A program made the position numbers and the translations under genes. Positions 44,741 to 54,134 of a DNA stretch of 64,000 bases are shown in pieces. The notes beneath the pieces were generated by a model, which searched no databases, had not been told where the DNA came from, and saw only the letters and a list, made by a program, of their open reading frames with translations. Where the stretch lies: contig JAGOSO010000004.1 in NCBI GenBank assembly GCA_018062285.1, forward strand, positions 3,491-67,490, read 5' to 3'. The DNA is from Minisyncoccota bacterium. GTDB lineage: Bacteria; Patescibacteriota; Minisyncoccia; 2-02-FULL-40-12; GWA2-44-9. Position 1 is the first letter of the stretch. Every line of letters starts with the position of its first letter.

Positions 44741-45835
44741 CTAGAAAACGAGCTTGATCGTGGCCGTCGCGCCGACCAGAGTCGGCGTCGTCGAGGCAGG
44801 GGACTTTCCCCACGAACCAAGCATTCCGTTGTAGCTGGCCTGATCGGCCAGTCCATGGAATGAAGCGACATAGAATCCGGTGCCGACTTCCAGTTTCCAG
44901 AGCTTGAGGCTTGCGCCGAGCTCTTGTTGGAAAACCGACATGGCCACTTTCGTGCTGGTGTTGAGGGGGATGGAGCCTTTGTTGAGGGAGTTCCCACCAG
45001 CTTTCTGGCCGACGCCGTACCAGAACGAGTACTCGCTCTGATACTTCCATTCTGCCTTTTCCGTTTGTTCCCCGAACACATACCCGACTTTGGTCGAGCT
45101 GTGTAGGTTCAACGGACCGACGTGGGCGGTGAGGTCGACGCCGGCTTGCGGGCCGAAGCCCTTGAAGTCCATGTTGCCCGTTGAGGACACCACGACCTCT
45201 TCGTGGCCGAAGCCTGCCATCATCTTCTCACCCTCGGAAAAACTATTGTACTGGTGAGCCTCCGATAGGGAGTTATCATTCCCCATCTTGGTGTACATTC
45301 CGCCGGCGGAGAACTTCGTCGTTGTACGCAAGCCCTCGTGTTTGTACGTGAGCCCCGCTTCAAACAGATCCATCTTCCACGACGACGAGGCCGAGTATTC
45401 GGCTCCACCTTCGGAGTACATGCTCTGTTGCCAGATGTTCAGGGAGTCGCCGTTGCCGGCGAGCCCATTGGTGCTAGCAGTGTCGCCGGTGTACTTCCAT
45501 CCGCTGACGGCGACGCCGAAGTTTGTTTTCTTCGAAATCACTTCGCCGTCGAATTTCATCATTGGCTTTCGCGCCGGCTCGATCTTGATGAGCTCAGTCG
45601 TGCGGGTGAATGAAGACGTTCCGTTTCCCGTCCGCGGGTCGTACGTGTTCGACGAGAGCCCATTCTTGTTGACGGAGCCCGCGTCGTACGTGGCGCCTCG
45701 CAGGGACACGTACGGCATGTACGTGATCGACGCGGAGGCCGAGACGTTGTTGTTGGTCTGTGCGGTTGCGGTTGCGGGAGCGATGAGAACGAAGAGGGCG
45801 ATTGCCCCCAAGATGATCTTTGTGATGCGGTTCAT
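44741..45835 (-). CDS. Secreted beta-barrel outer-membrane-protein-like protein (GC-rich)
   Basis: Signal peptide MNRITKIILGAIALFVLIAPATATAQ; alternating amphipathic beta-strands; C-terminal ...IKLVF aromatic terminus. Confidence 0.55.
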   Translation of the reverse strand: MNRITKIILGAIALFVLIAPATATAQTNNNVSASASITYMPYVSLRGATYDAGSVNKNGLSSNTYDPRTGNGTSSFTRTTELIKIEPARKPMMKFDGEVISKKTNFGVAVSGWKYTGDTASTNGLAGNGDSLNIWQQSMYSEGGAEYSASSSWKMDLFEAGLTYKHEGLRTTTKFSAGGMYTKMGNDNSLSEAHQYNSFSEGEKMMAGFGHEEVVVSSTGNMDFKGFGPQAGVDLTAHVGPLNLHSSTKVGYVFGEQTEKAEWKYQSEYSFWYGVGQKAGGNSLNKGSIPLNTSTKVAMSVFQQELGASLKLWKLEVGTGFYVASFHGLADQASYNGMLGSWGKSPASTTPTLVGATATIKLVF

Positions 45836-45960
45836 GTGAACTCCAATGAGCCCTTCGGCTCTGTTGTGTTTCTTGGTTGTAAAGCTACCGGGAATCGACT
45901 GTAGACTTTAATTATATACTAAATTTAGATAAAAGTCAAGTAAGCACGCTCACTTACTTA

Positions 45961-45998
45961 AAGCTTAAAAACCTTATTTAAATAAGGTTTTTAAGCTT
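45961..45998. terminator. Perfect 38-nt palindrome AAGCTTAAAAACCTTATTT-AAATAAGGTTTTTAAGCTT
   Basis: Lies downstream of the ABC operon on the minus strand. Confidence 0.6.
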
Positions 45999-46017
45999 TA
46001 AGTATAGAAGAGAGTTA

Positions 46018-46782
46018 TTAGCGTTTAAATAGGAGAGATATTAAAAAGAGTACACCTCCCGAAAGAACAACGACTGGACCAGGGGCAATTCCGTACTGGT
46101 GAGAAATTATAATCCCAGCGATAGAAGCAACACCACCAAGCACGGTCGACATTAAGGTGTATTTAGAAAAATCTAAAGCGACATTGCGAGCGGCGGCGGC
46201 AGGGATAATAACCAAGGCACCCATAAGTAAGGTGCCCGTAACTTTTATTCCAAGGGCGACAATAACAGCCACCATTAACAAAAACAGGAAGTTGATTGCG
46301 TTAACAGGCACCTTCATTGACTGAGTTAGTTCTTTGGAAATCGTGCTTAAGGTTAAGGGTTTAGAGATTAGTTTAAGAGCAATGACGACCAGGGCAATGA
46401 TGGGTAGGGTGATGTATAAATCTGTTCGGGTAACGTTGCCGATATTTCCAAATAGGGCTTCAAGGAGTTCTGGTTCCGGGGTTAGCATGATACCTAGAGC
46501 CAAAGCCGTAGTAAAAAATATTCCGACCAAAGTTTCTGACGGAAGACTGGTGTTTTTTTCTAAAAACCAAATAGAAACAATAGCAATAAATAAAGCTCCG
46601 AAAGCACCAAGGAAAGGATTGAAGTTAAACAATAGGGCCAAGGCTAAACCAGGAAGAGCGACGTGGGATAGGGCATCACCAACTAAGGCCATCCGACGAA
46701 GAATCAAAAATGAACCAATATAACCCGCGCCAATTCCGATAGCCCCACCGATTATTAGTTGTAGAAAGAATTGAGAAATCAT
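46018..46782 (-). CDS. Metal (Zn/Mn) ABC transporter permease (ABC-3 family)
   Basis: 8 TM helices; overlaps the ATPase gene by 4 nt. Confidence 0.8.
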   Translation of the reverse strand: MISQFFLQLIIGGAIGIGAGYIGSFLILRRMALVGDALSHVALPGLALALLFNFNPFLGAFGALFIAIVSIWFLEKNTSLPSETLVGIFFTTALALGIMLTPEPELLEALFGNIGNVTRTDLYITLPIIALVVIALKLISKPLTLSTISKELTQSMKVPVNAINFLFLLMVAVIVALGIKVTGTLLMGALVIIPAAAARNVALDFSKYTLMSTVLGGVASIAGIIISHQYGIAPGPVVVLSGGVLFLISLLFKR

Positions 46783-47519
46783 TTTGTGGGGTGTTTATGG
46801 GCAAAGAAAGATGCTTCACCATACAGAGCTTTAAGAGAGGCGGGGTCGAGGGCGTCAGTCGGGGATCCATAACAAATGAGTTCTTTGTTTAGGCACAAAA
46901 CTGTAGTGGCGTATTTGTAGACAATGTTTATGTCGTGTGAAATTATCAAGATCGTTAAATCCTTATCGTCCTTCAGTTTTTTGATGAGATGGTAAATTGT
47001 TTCTTCGCCACCAACATCTATTCCGGCCGTCGGTTCATCAAAAAGAATTACGTCGGGCTGATCAATGATTGCCCAAGCAATTAACACGCGTTGAATTTGG
47101 CCTCCTGACAACCAGCCCAATCTTTGATTTAAAAGATGGTGGTTTATGTGATGTTCATCGGTAATGCCAACCGACCGAAGAGCGGATAATATCGCGCGAT
47201 GATTTTTGGTTTTAAATTGTAAGAATTCTCTGACGGTTAGTGGAAAGTCACGATCAATCGTGAACCTTTGTGGTATGTAGTTTATTTTTATATCTTTTGA
47301 CCAGGTGATGGTGCCGGTGTGGGGGACCAGTTTTAGTAAAGAACGCAAGAGAACTGATTTGCCAGCACCATTTGGGCCAACTATGGCCAAAGTGTCCCCG
47401 CTATTTAAATCAAAAGAAACATCTTTAAGGATTTTTTGCCCATCTAGAGTAACAGATAGATTCTCAACCTTTAGTATTGAGGAAGGGGATTCCATGACTT
47501 CATTGTAGCATAATTGCAA
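46779..47519 (-). CDS. Metal ABC transporter ATP-binding protein
   Basis: Walker A GPNGAGKS; signature LSGGQIQR; Walker B ILFDEP. Confidence 0.85.
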   Translation of the reverse strand: MQLCYNEVMESPSSILKVENLSVTLDGQKILKDVSFDLNSGDTLAIVGPNGAGKSVLLRSLLKLVPHTGTITWSKDIKINYIPQRFTIDRDFPLTVREFLQFKTKNHRAILSALRSVGITDEHHINHHLLNQRLGWLSGGQIQRVLIAWAIIDQPDVILFDEPTAGIDVGGEETIYHLIKKLKDDKDLTILIISHDINIVYKYATTVLCLNKELICYGSPTDALDPASLKALYGEASFFAHKHPTK

Positions 47520-47565
47520 GGTTTTAGGGCCTTATTTATCCCCAAACGGCCCCGAAATAGCCATA

Positions 47566-47594
47566 TTGACATTTATACAAAAACATGATAATAT
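47566..47594 (+). promoter_or_regulatory. Promoter TTGACA-17-TAATAT
   Basis: Consensus spacing; upstream of 47601. Confidence 0.5.
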
Positions 47595-47600
47595 ATACCC

Positions 47601-48443
47601 ATGACTAAAACTATCAAGTTACAACTTATATTGCCGTTGACCCTAGCTTTGGTGGCCTCACCAATGGCTTCAGTCTTTGCTTATCAGCCTATTCCAGCTA
47701 AAGATCCCCAAGCTATTGTTTGTACTGGTTTATCTATTGTTGGTGTTTCTTGTGCCCCAGCTAAGGCATATGTCCCACACAACTATAATGCCGTTCCAAA
47801 CAGTTTCAATTTTGACATCTTCAGTAATACTCCAGTTTCTAGTACTGGTAGTTCTACTGCTGCGGACGCTAATGGCAACTCAAATTCAAATTTAACTGCC
47901 ACTATTAGCAACTCTATTGCACCAAAGAATTTGTCTGGCCAGAAGATTAACTTGGTTTCTGTTCCAAAATCTGGTGACATCTATGAATTGGTAAATGGTC
48001 AAAAACATCTTATCCCATCACTCGCTATCTTTTATGACTACGGTTATAAATTAGATATGGTGCAATCAATTAGTCAGGCTCAGTTGGATAAATATCCACG
48101 CGCCGACTTGGTTAAGGTTCAGGGCAGTTCATCCGTCTATTATTTAACCCAAGGTGGATTGGTTCGCCAAGTCGTTGATACTAAAAAAATCTTCGAATTC
48201 TATGGTGATCGAACCGAAGATATCATTACTATTAGTCGAAAAGAATTTAATTTCTATCCGTCTAACCAGTATGTCTATCAGGAATCTCCACTTAATCGCG
48301 ACGTCTTCCAGATTACCGGAAAGAACAAGCGCTACTTAACCCCTATGGCCGTCGCCCGATTGGGTGTCACCATCGATCAAGTTGCCCCAGTCACTAAAGC
48401 TGAGCTCGACTACTACAAAACTCTCGCTCCGCTGATTGACTAA
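47601..48443 (+). CDS. Secreted hypothetical protein
   Basis: Signal peptide MTKTIKLQLILPLTLALVASPMASVFA. Confidence 0.55.
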   Translation: MTKTIKLQLILPLTLALVASPMASVFAYQPIPAKDPQAIVCTGLSIVGVSCAPAKAYVPHNYNAVPNSFNFDIFSNTPVSSTGSSTAADANGNSNSNLTATISNSIAPKNLSGQKINLVSVPKSGDIYELVNGQKHLIPSLAIFYDYGYKLDMVQSISQAQLDKYPRADLVKVQGSSSVYYLTQGGLVRQVVDTKKIFEFYGDRTEDIITISRKEFNFYPSNQYVYQESPLNRDVFQITGKNKRYLTPMAVARLGVTIDQVAPVTKAELDYYKTLAPLID

Positions 48444-48454
48444 GATAAAAATAT

Positions 48455-48507
48455 TTAAGCCCTACGTCTGAGAATCTTTAAAAAGGATTTTCACACGTAG
48501 GGCTTAA
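48455..48507 (+). terminator. Hairpin TTAAGCCCTACGT-(27 nt)-ACGTAGGGCTTAA
   Basis: 13-bp perfect stem. Confidence 0.45.
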
Positions 48508-48555
48508 ATGGTATTTAGGAAGGAACTTTTACAACCAACAAGACGGAGGCAGGTA

Positions 48556-50331
48556 GTGAAAAAAGTAATGGGATTTCTTTTGGTGTTGATCCTCGGATCA
48601 GTTTGTGGGCTTAATGCTCAGACGATTCCGGCTCCGGTCCCTGGTAAGTTTGTGCAGGACATGGCCAATGTTCTGAGTGACTCGGAAGAGGCTCAGCTCG
48701 AACAGAAGGTCCGTGCCTTTCAGGCACAGACCGATACACAGATCGTGATCGTGACGATTCCGAGTCTTCAGGGTTATCCGGAAATTCTCGATTACGCCAA
48801 CAGGTTGTTTGATCAGTGGAAGGTTGGTGTGAAAGGTGTCGACAAGGGCGTCATCGTCGCTGTTGCTCCGAATGATCGTCAGTCGCGAATCCATGTTGGC
48901 TACGGCCTTGAGGGGGATTTGACCGATGGTTTTTGTGGAGAAACCCTGCGAACTGTTGGCCGGCCCTTTTTCAAGGACACTAAGTGGTTCGGCGGTCTCA
49001 ACGCCGTGACCGATGCCATCATTCAGCGCTTGGGCACGAAGACACAAGCCCAGAGAGCCGAAGAGGCCAAGGCGCAAGCCGAGGCCTACAAAGCAAGGGT
49101 GCTCGAAGAGAAACGTCTCGCGGATATCAAAGCCCGCGAAAGCGATTTGTTCTGGGCGAAGGTCGGGGACTTTTTCTTGTACGTGGTTCTCCCCTTCGGT
49201 GTCTTGATTGGATTGATCGGTTTTTTGTTCATCCGAGCAAAGACTCGTCGTGAGCTCCGAGAAGCTATCGAAAGCTTAACCTACCACATCAACAATTATT
49301 CGAAGGCTGTTTCCACCAAAATTCGGGTGGCTGAGGAAATTGTTGACGCGTCTGCGGCCATGCTCGATGTGATGCGGACGATTTACAAACCGTCCGCACT
49401 CGCCGAAGCTGAAAAGGCACTTCAGTGGGCGCAGTTCAGTATCAAGCAGGAGAAGCATCTCTTCTCTCGACTTGAGTCGCCACAAAACAGCATTGACCAA
49501 CTCAAACAGTTGAAGCGTTCTATCGATGAGATCGATGAGAAGGTTGATGAGGTTGGCGATAGAGCCAACCAGGTTTTGAAGACCAAGGAATCTCTTGAGT
49601 CGAATCGACGTTCAGTCCAGGAGGTCGTCGGGAAAATGATGGGGATCATCGATGGGCTAACGGCGGCTCGGCATTCGGCCGAGGCTGTCATGGTTCCTGA
49701 AATAAACAAGATTGTGGCCACAGCAATCATGAGTGTTGAGGATCCGCTCAAAAAGGCGGAGGCAGATTTGAGGGCAGACGGGCTTCAACCTGATTGGTTG
49801 TTCCATCTTCTTTCCTTGAATAGTGTGGTTAGCATGATTCAGGGCGCTCGGATGGTTATCGATAATCACCTCGAAGACATCAAGGAGGCTAAGGCGGGAG
49901 TCGGTAAGGTCCCGTCAGAAGTGGCCTCTGCCAAGAAGAAGGGCGAGTCGATCGTTGGGGACAGCGATGTGTCTGCTTCTGCTAGGGCAAAATTCAAGTC
50001 AGCCCTGAAGCTGGCTCAGCAGTTCCTCGTGGTCACTCCTCCGCAGGGTGACCTCCCGACTCTTTCCTGGCATCAGAACTATCTTGTTGCCAAGGATTCG
50101 CTTGATTCCGCAATTGGTTCCATGCAGCACGATATCGATGAGGCTGAACGCCGGCGGAAAGAGGCGGCAGAAGAGGAAGAGCGAAGGCTCGCTCGTATCG
50201 CCGCAGCAGCAGTGGCTGCGGCTGCGCTCAAGAATCGCCAGGAGAGCAGTCGTAATGATTCTGGCTCTTCTTTCTCCAGTCCTTTTGGGGGAGGGATGTC
50301 CGGCGGCGGTGGCGCCAGCGATAAGTGGTAG
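48556..50331 (+). CDS. TPM-domain (TLP18.3/Psb32/MOLO-1) protein with TM, long coiled coil and a Gly-rich C-terminus (GC-rich). Start placed at the GTG at 48556, after RBS GGAGG, rather than inside the upstream hairpin.
   Basis: VPGKFVQDMANVLSDSEEAQLEQKV...IVIVTIPSLQGYPE...GVIVAVAPNDRQSRIHVGYGLEGDLTD. Confidence 0.65.
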   Translation: MKKVMGFLLVLILGSVCGLNAQTIPAPVPGKFVQDMANVLSDSEEAQLEQKVRAFQAQTDTQIVIVTIPSLQGYPEILDYANRLFDQWKVGVKGVDKGVIVAVAPNDRQSRIHVGYGLEGDLTDGFCGETLRTVGRPFFKDTKWFGGLNAVTDAIIQRLGTKTQAQRAEEAKAQAEAYKARVLEEKRLADIKARESDLFWAKVGDFFLYVVLPFGVLIGLIGFLFIRAKTRRELREAIESLTYHINNYSKAVSTKIRVAEEIVDASAAMLDVMRTIYKPSALAEAEKALQWAQFSIKQEKHLFSRLESPQNSIDQLKQLKRSIDEIDEKVDEVGDRANQVLKTKESLESNRRSVQEVVGKMMGIIDGLTAARHSAEAVMVPEINKIVATAIMSVEDPLKKAEADLRADGLQPDWLFHLLSLNSVVSMIQGARMVIDNHLEDIKEAKAGVGKVPSEVASAKKKGESIVGDSDVSASARAKFKSALKLAQQFLVVTPPQGDLPTLSWHQNYLVAKDSLDSAIGSMQHDIDEAERRRKEAAEEEERRLARIAAAAVAAAALKNRQESSRNDSGSSFSSPFGGGMSGGGGASDKW

Positions 50332-50342
50332 TTATTACCATA

Positions 50343-50385
50343 ACGGCCAGTCTGCGAATTCGCAGACTGGCCGTATTTTTATTAT
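50343..50385 (+). terminator. Intrinsic terminator ACGGCCAGTCTGCGAA-TTCGCAGACTGGCCGT-ATTTTTATT
   Basis: 16-bp stem plus T-tract. Confidence 0.75.
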
Positions 50386-50413
50386 TTTTTTAAATCGCTA
50401 GACAAAATATTAA

Positions 50414-50442
50414 TTGACAATAATTTAAATATTAAGTATTAT
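50414..50442 (+). promoter_or_regulatory. Promoter TTGACA-17-TATTAT
   Basis: Consensus. Confidence 0.55.
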
Positions 50443-50457
50443 ATTGCTCAAAGTGAG

Positions 50458-51156
50458 GTGGTTATGACGAGCAAGGAATTGAGCAATTGGGTGAGGGTTG
50501 CGCTGTTGTGCGCTGGTTTCGAGGAGTTCTCGTTTACTGGTCCTATCCAGCGTCGAGGTTTCAGTTTCATTGATTTGCCCATCAATTCATCCGGCTTCAG
50601 GGGTCTTGGGCCGGAGTTCGGCAAGAGCATGGGCGAAGAAGTCGTGGTCATGCCCGTTGGGTTTGGCAATATCGCTGGAGAAGAACAGGAATCCGCCATC
50701 GCCGAGGCCAATCTCTACAAAGAGGCTTTGGCAAAGATGGGACTCAAGTCTGAGGTTTTTGTCCGAGGTCGAGGACAGAGAGACATCTCCTCGTTTGGAG
50801 CCTACGTTTCTGTGCCCTTGGCGCAGGAGTATTCTTCCGTCAGTGGTCCAAGGAAAGTGCAGGTTGAATTTCGTGTCACGATGTACGGTCAGCCGGTGGC
50901 TCACGCTCTTAGGCATGAAGTCACCTCAGAGTTGACCATTGAGCGGCCACCGGAAAATGAAGTTCCGTACCGTGGTTGGGTTGCGACCGGCACGGCTCCT
51001 CGCAATTGCAGGGGTAGTGAGAGGCCAATTGTGGGCCGTGGTTTGAACATTGGTGCGGCTGTGATCAGTTGGCTTTTCAGTCTTGATCAGAGCATGGACT
51101 ACATCCCCGCCTACAAGCAGGCCGAAGAGAGAGCGGGAGCGCGATCGAAAGGCTGA
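50458..51156 (+). CDS. Hypothetical protein (GC-rich)
   Basis: RBS GAGGTGG; 232 aa. Confidence 0.5.
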   Translation: MVMTSKELSNWVRVALLCAGFEEFSFTGPIQRRGFSFIDLPINSSGFRGLGPEFGKSMGEEVVVMPVGFGNIAGEEQESAIAEANLYKEALAKMGLKSEVFVRGRGQRDISSFGAYVSVPLAQEYSSVSGPRKVQVEFRVTMYGQPVAHALRHEVTSELTIERPPENEVPYRGWVATGTAPRNCRGSERPIVGRGLNIGAAVISWLFSLDQSMDYIPAYKQAEERAGARSKG

Positions 51157-51197
51157 GACTCCGCTCGAACCCAGAGATGATCTGTGACACATGTACA

Positions 51198-51237
51198 ACG
51201 GTAAGGTCTGCATTCGCAGACCTTACCGTATTTTTTT
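51198..51237 (+). terminator. Intrinsic terminator ACGGTAAGGTCTGC-attc-GCAGACCTTACCGT-ATTTTTTT
   Basis: 14-bp stem plus T-tract. Confidence 0.75.
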
Positions 51238-51254
51238 GCTTCAATTGACGTGGT

Positions 51255-51283
51255 TTGACATTTTCATACAGGTATGCTATTAT
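51255..51283 (+). promoter_or_regulatory. Promoter TTGACA-17-TATTAT
   Basis: Consensus. Confidence 0.55.
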
Positions 51284-51320
51284 TAAGATATTCAAGGCCA
51301 ATAAGGGCCAGGAGACAGTT

Positions 51321-51749
51321 ATGACAACGAGTCAGAAGCTTGTGAGGGCAGCGGCCACTTTGGCGCTCGTCTTGGTTCTCGGGTTTGCCTACACGTCGTG
51401 GGTGAGCTCGGACAGCGACGGCATCAAGGAAGGCCAGGTATACGCTCTGGCCTACACGTACAAGACGACCATCAAGGGGTCGTCGGTCGAAGGGCGGGTC
51501 TTCGACTTCGCGGATCGCAATCTTCCGCGGACTTCGATTCTCGTTCCGGTGCAGGACGGCCACGGGATCTTCCTGACGAAGGAAAACCCGAGTCTTCCGG
51601 AAAGCACGGTACGGAAGATGCGTGTTCGTGTACCAATGATCAAGATCGAGGGTGTCACCTACCCTGGGTACGAGTATGTCGAGTGGCAGTACCACCTCGG
51701 CACAACGGCAACGCAGTCGGTCGTTCCGACTGTCATCCCGCGCAAGTAG
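51321..51749 (+). CDS. Secreted hypothetical protein (GC-rich); ATG with RBS GGAGACAG
   Basis: Signal peptide MTTSQKLVRAAATLALVLVLGFAYTSW. Confidence 0.55.
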   Translation: MTTSQKLVRAAATLALVLVLGFAYTSWVSSDSDGIKEGQVYALAYTYKTTIKGSSVEGRVFDFADRNLPRTSILVPVQDGHGIFLTKENPSLPESTVRKMRVRVPMIKIEGVTYPGYEYVEWQYHLGTTATQSVVPTVIPRK

Positions 51750-51818
51750 TTGCCAGTAACCGCCCCGTTCGGGCCCCGCGTAGTCGGGACCTGCGCGGGG
51801 CTCTTTTAATTTAACTAA

Positions 51819-51842
51819 TAACCCCGCCGAATGGCGGGGTTA
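51819..51842 (-). terminator. Hairpin TAACCCCGCC-gaat-GGCGGGGTTA downstream of the minus-strand small ORF; a second GC hairpin (CCCCGCG...CGCGGGG-CTCTTTT, about 51775-51805) terminates the plus-strand gene
   Basis: Stems with flanking T/A tracts. Confidence 0.5.
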
Positions 51843-51846
51843 TTAG

Positions 51847-52059
51847 TTAAGCGGCGATGTTTCCTTTTGATCTGTGTTCTTCTTTTATTCTTTCAACTTC
51901 TTGCTTGGCTTGCTCGACACGATTTGTCCAGATGATTACTTGATCACCCTCAGCCTTGCTAAGTTCTATCTCTGCGCGATCAACTATTTCTTGCGCTGAT
52001 TTTAATTTAGCTTCGTACAGCTGTTTTTCGCTTTGTGGTTCGTTTATTTCCATATTCAT
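51847..52059 (-). CDS. Small coiled-coil hypothetical protein
   Basis: 70-aa ORF. Confidence 0.35.
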   Translation of the reverse strand: MNMEINEPQSEKQLYEAKLKSAQEIVDRAEIELSKAEGDQVIIWTNRVEQAKQEVERIKEEHRSKGNIAA

Positions 52060-52090
52060 ATAGTATTATTTTATATATCCACAGTCAACG

Positions 52091-52936
52091 TTATTTTAAT
52101 TGTGAGACATTAAAATCGGGGTGGCCATGGAGGAATTCAGAGAGAGTGGTTTCTTTTTTGCCTTCAAGCTGAATAATAGAGAGTGTAAGTTTGCCCTCGA
52201 TACGTTCGGCTTTTTTGATATTAATAATTTTTTCGTTCCACATTGTCCAAGTGCCTGGTTCGGGATTTAGAGCGCGGATTTGGTTATGGATTTCTCCAGC
52301 TGAGCGGGTCCAATCAATTCGGCCATCAGGGCGTTCAAATATTTTGGTGAAGGTGGCTTGGGTGTCGTCTTGGGCTTCTGGTTTTATTGTTTCAATGTTT
52401 TTAATAACTTCAACTAAAAGCTGAGCGCCTTCTTCGGCTAAACGGTCATGTAACAAAGAATAAGTTTCATCTGGCTCAATAGGAGTTTCTGTTTGTTTAA
52501 AAATTGGGCCATGATCCACGTCTTTATCAACCTGCATGATACTCACGCCGGTCGTTTCATCGCCGTTTAATACCGCAGTTTGCACTGGTGTTGGTCCACG
52601 GTATTTAGGCAAGAGCGAAGGGTGAATATTTAAAAAGTGTTTTGGAATCTCTAAATATTTTTCCGGGATTATTTTGCCGTAGGCTGCGACGACACAAATA
52701 TCAGGAGCGAGAGCTTTGAATTCTTCAAAGAAGGCATCGTCTTTTAGCGTTGCTGGCTGAAATGTTTTTAACCCAAGCTTATCCGCGACAGCCTTAATAA
52801 CAGGGGAGGTAATAATCTTTTTTCGACCAGATGGTTGGTCGGGCATTGTAACTACGGTTAAATCAAAGCCTTCTTTATTCAAAGCCTCAAGTGCCGGCAC
52901 TGCAAATTCTGAAGTCCCAAAGAAGATTGTTCTCAT
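52091..52936 (-). CDS. fmt: Methionyl-tRNA formyltransferase
   Basis: IFFGTSEFAVPAL...; formyltransferase N-terminal domain; SLLP motif. Confidence 0.85.
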   Translation of the reverse strand: MRTIFFGTSEFAVPALEALNKEGFDLTVVTMPDQPSGRKKIITSPVIKAVADKLGLKTFQPATLKDDAFFEEFKALAPDICVVAAYGKIIPEKYLEIPKHFLNIHPSLLPKYRGPTPVQTAVLNGDETTGVSIMQVDKDVDHGPIFKQTETPIEPDETYSLLHDRLAEEGAQLLVEVIKNIETIKPEAQDDTQATFTKIFERPDGRIDWTRSAGEIHNQIRALNPEPGTWTMWNEKIINIKKAERIEGKLTLSIIQLEGKKETTLSEFLHGHPDFNVSQLK

Positions 52937-53260
52937 ATATTGACTATATTTTTATTTTATTGTATTATTTAAATACAGGAGATTTGCATGACTCGAGATC
53001 GAGAAGGTTTGTTGCTCGCAGGTCTATTCTCGGCCATCTGTCTGATCCCGTTTGTTCTGTTTGTCTTTGCTCCAACGATTTCAAGGCAGGAGCATCAGAA
53101 GCAGCAGCTGCAACAATCAGTCACGACTCGGCATTGCTTCGGTGGCCGTGGTTGCGGGTAGAAAGTTGTTAGGATCAAGAAGTGGCTATCCCCAGTATTG
53201 CATATGTAATTGCGGTACTGGGGCTTTATTTTTTTAAGTACATCGATAATTATATAGTGT

Positions 53261-53368
53261 AAATTGAGAACCTATCTTTTGACCCAGTAGTGGAAGGGGT
53301 CCCACAGCAGTGGGGAAACCGACGGGACTGGTTTCATGGGTCTGGGGGAAAAGGTAGGTTCTCAATTT
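53261..53368. repeat. 20-bp perfect inverted repeat AAATTGAGAACCTATCTTTT / AAAAGGTAGGTTCTCAATTT enclosing a 68-nt GC-rich core, located between def and fmt
   Basis: Seen directly in the sequence. Confidence 0.5.
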
Positions 53369-53823
53369 TAAACGGCCCTATTTTTAATCGTCATTCCATT
53401 TAGGTGGTCGGTTTCGTGTTGGAGGATACGGGCCAAAAAGCCTTTGGCTTTGAATTTTACTTTTTTGCCGGATTCGTCGAGGGCTTTGAACATGATTTTT
53501 TTTGAGCGGGCGATTTCGTGATAAAAGCCGGGGATAGAGAGACAGCCTTCTTCTAGGTCTTCTAAGTCGGATGAGTATTCGGTGATTTCAGGATTAAAGT
53601 AAGCTTCTGGGACTTTGTTTTCTTTTGCTTGTTTAGCGTCGATAACGAAGATGCTTAAATCTAAACCAATTTGATTAGCAGCTAAACCAACCCCCATGTT
53701 TTCAATCATGGCTTTTTTCATATCCAAAATAAGCTGGGCGTATTTGCCAGATTTAATGTCTTCTGCTGATATTGTCTCGGTCTTTTTGGCTAAGACCTGA
53801 TGGGGGATCTTGGTGATTTCCAT
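53368..53823 (-). CDS. def: Peptide deformylase
   Basis: Motifs GVGLAANQIG, EGCLSIPG and HETDHLNG. Confidence 0.9.
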   Translation of the reverse strand: MEITKIPHQVLAKKTETISAEDIKSGKYAQLILDMKKAMIENMGVGLAANQIGLDLSIFVIDAKQAKENKVPEAYFNPEITEYSSDLEDLEEGCLSIPGFYHEIARSKKIMFKALDESGKKVKFKAKGFLARILQHETDHLNGMTIKNRAV

Positions 53824-54134
53824 ACTTCAAATATTACTGAAATATAGACTTTCTGTCTATATCTGGGGATAACTCCCTTGCCCGATTACTGATTGTGTGG
53901 TATTATTTAAGTATTATGATAATTCATAAACGCCAATTAAATATGCAGTTTGTCACCCCTATTAATTTGGGTGCCTTTTCTTATGAAAAGTGGAACAACA
54001 ACTGTTTGTTTAACCAAGGCGATGTTGATATAAAATAACCTCTCAATTTTTAACTTATCAAGAGCGCCTCGGTTAGATAGACCGAGGCGTTTTAGTTCTA
54101 TCTAAGTCCGTACTTTTACAACCAGGAGGTCAGT

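Noticed and set aside
44614-45081. Minus-strand ORFs in alternative frames over the OMP-like gene (44614-45081, 44655-45050)
   Set aside because: They lie nested inside the longer 364-aa frame, which has a signal peptide and beta-barrel periodicity.
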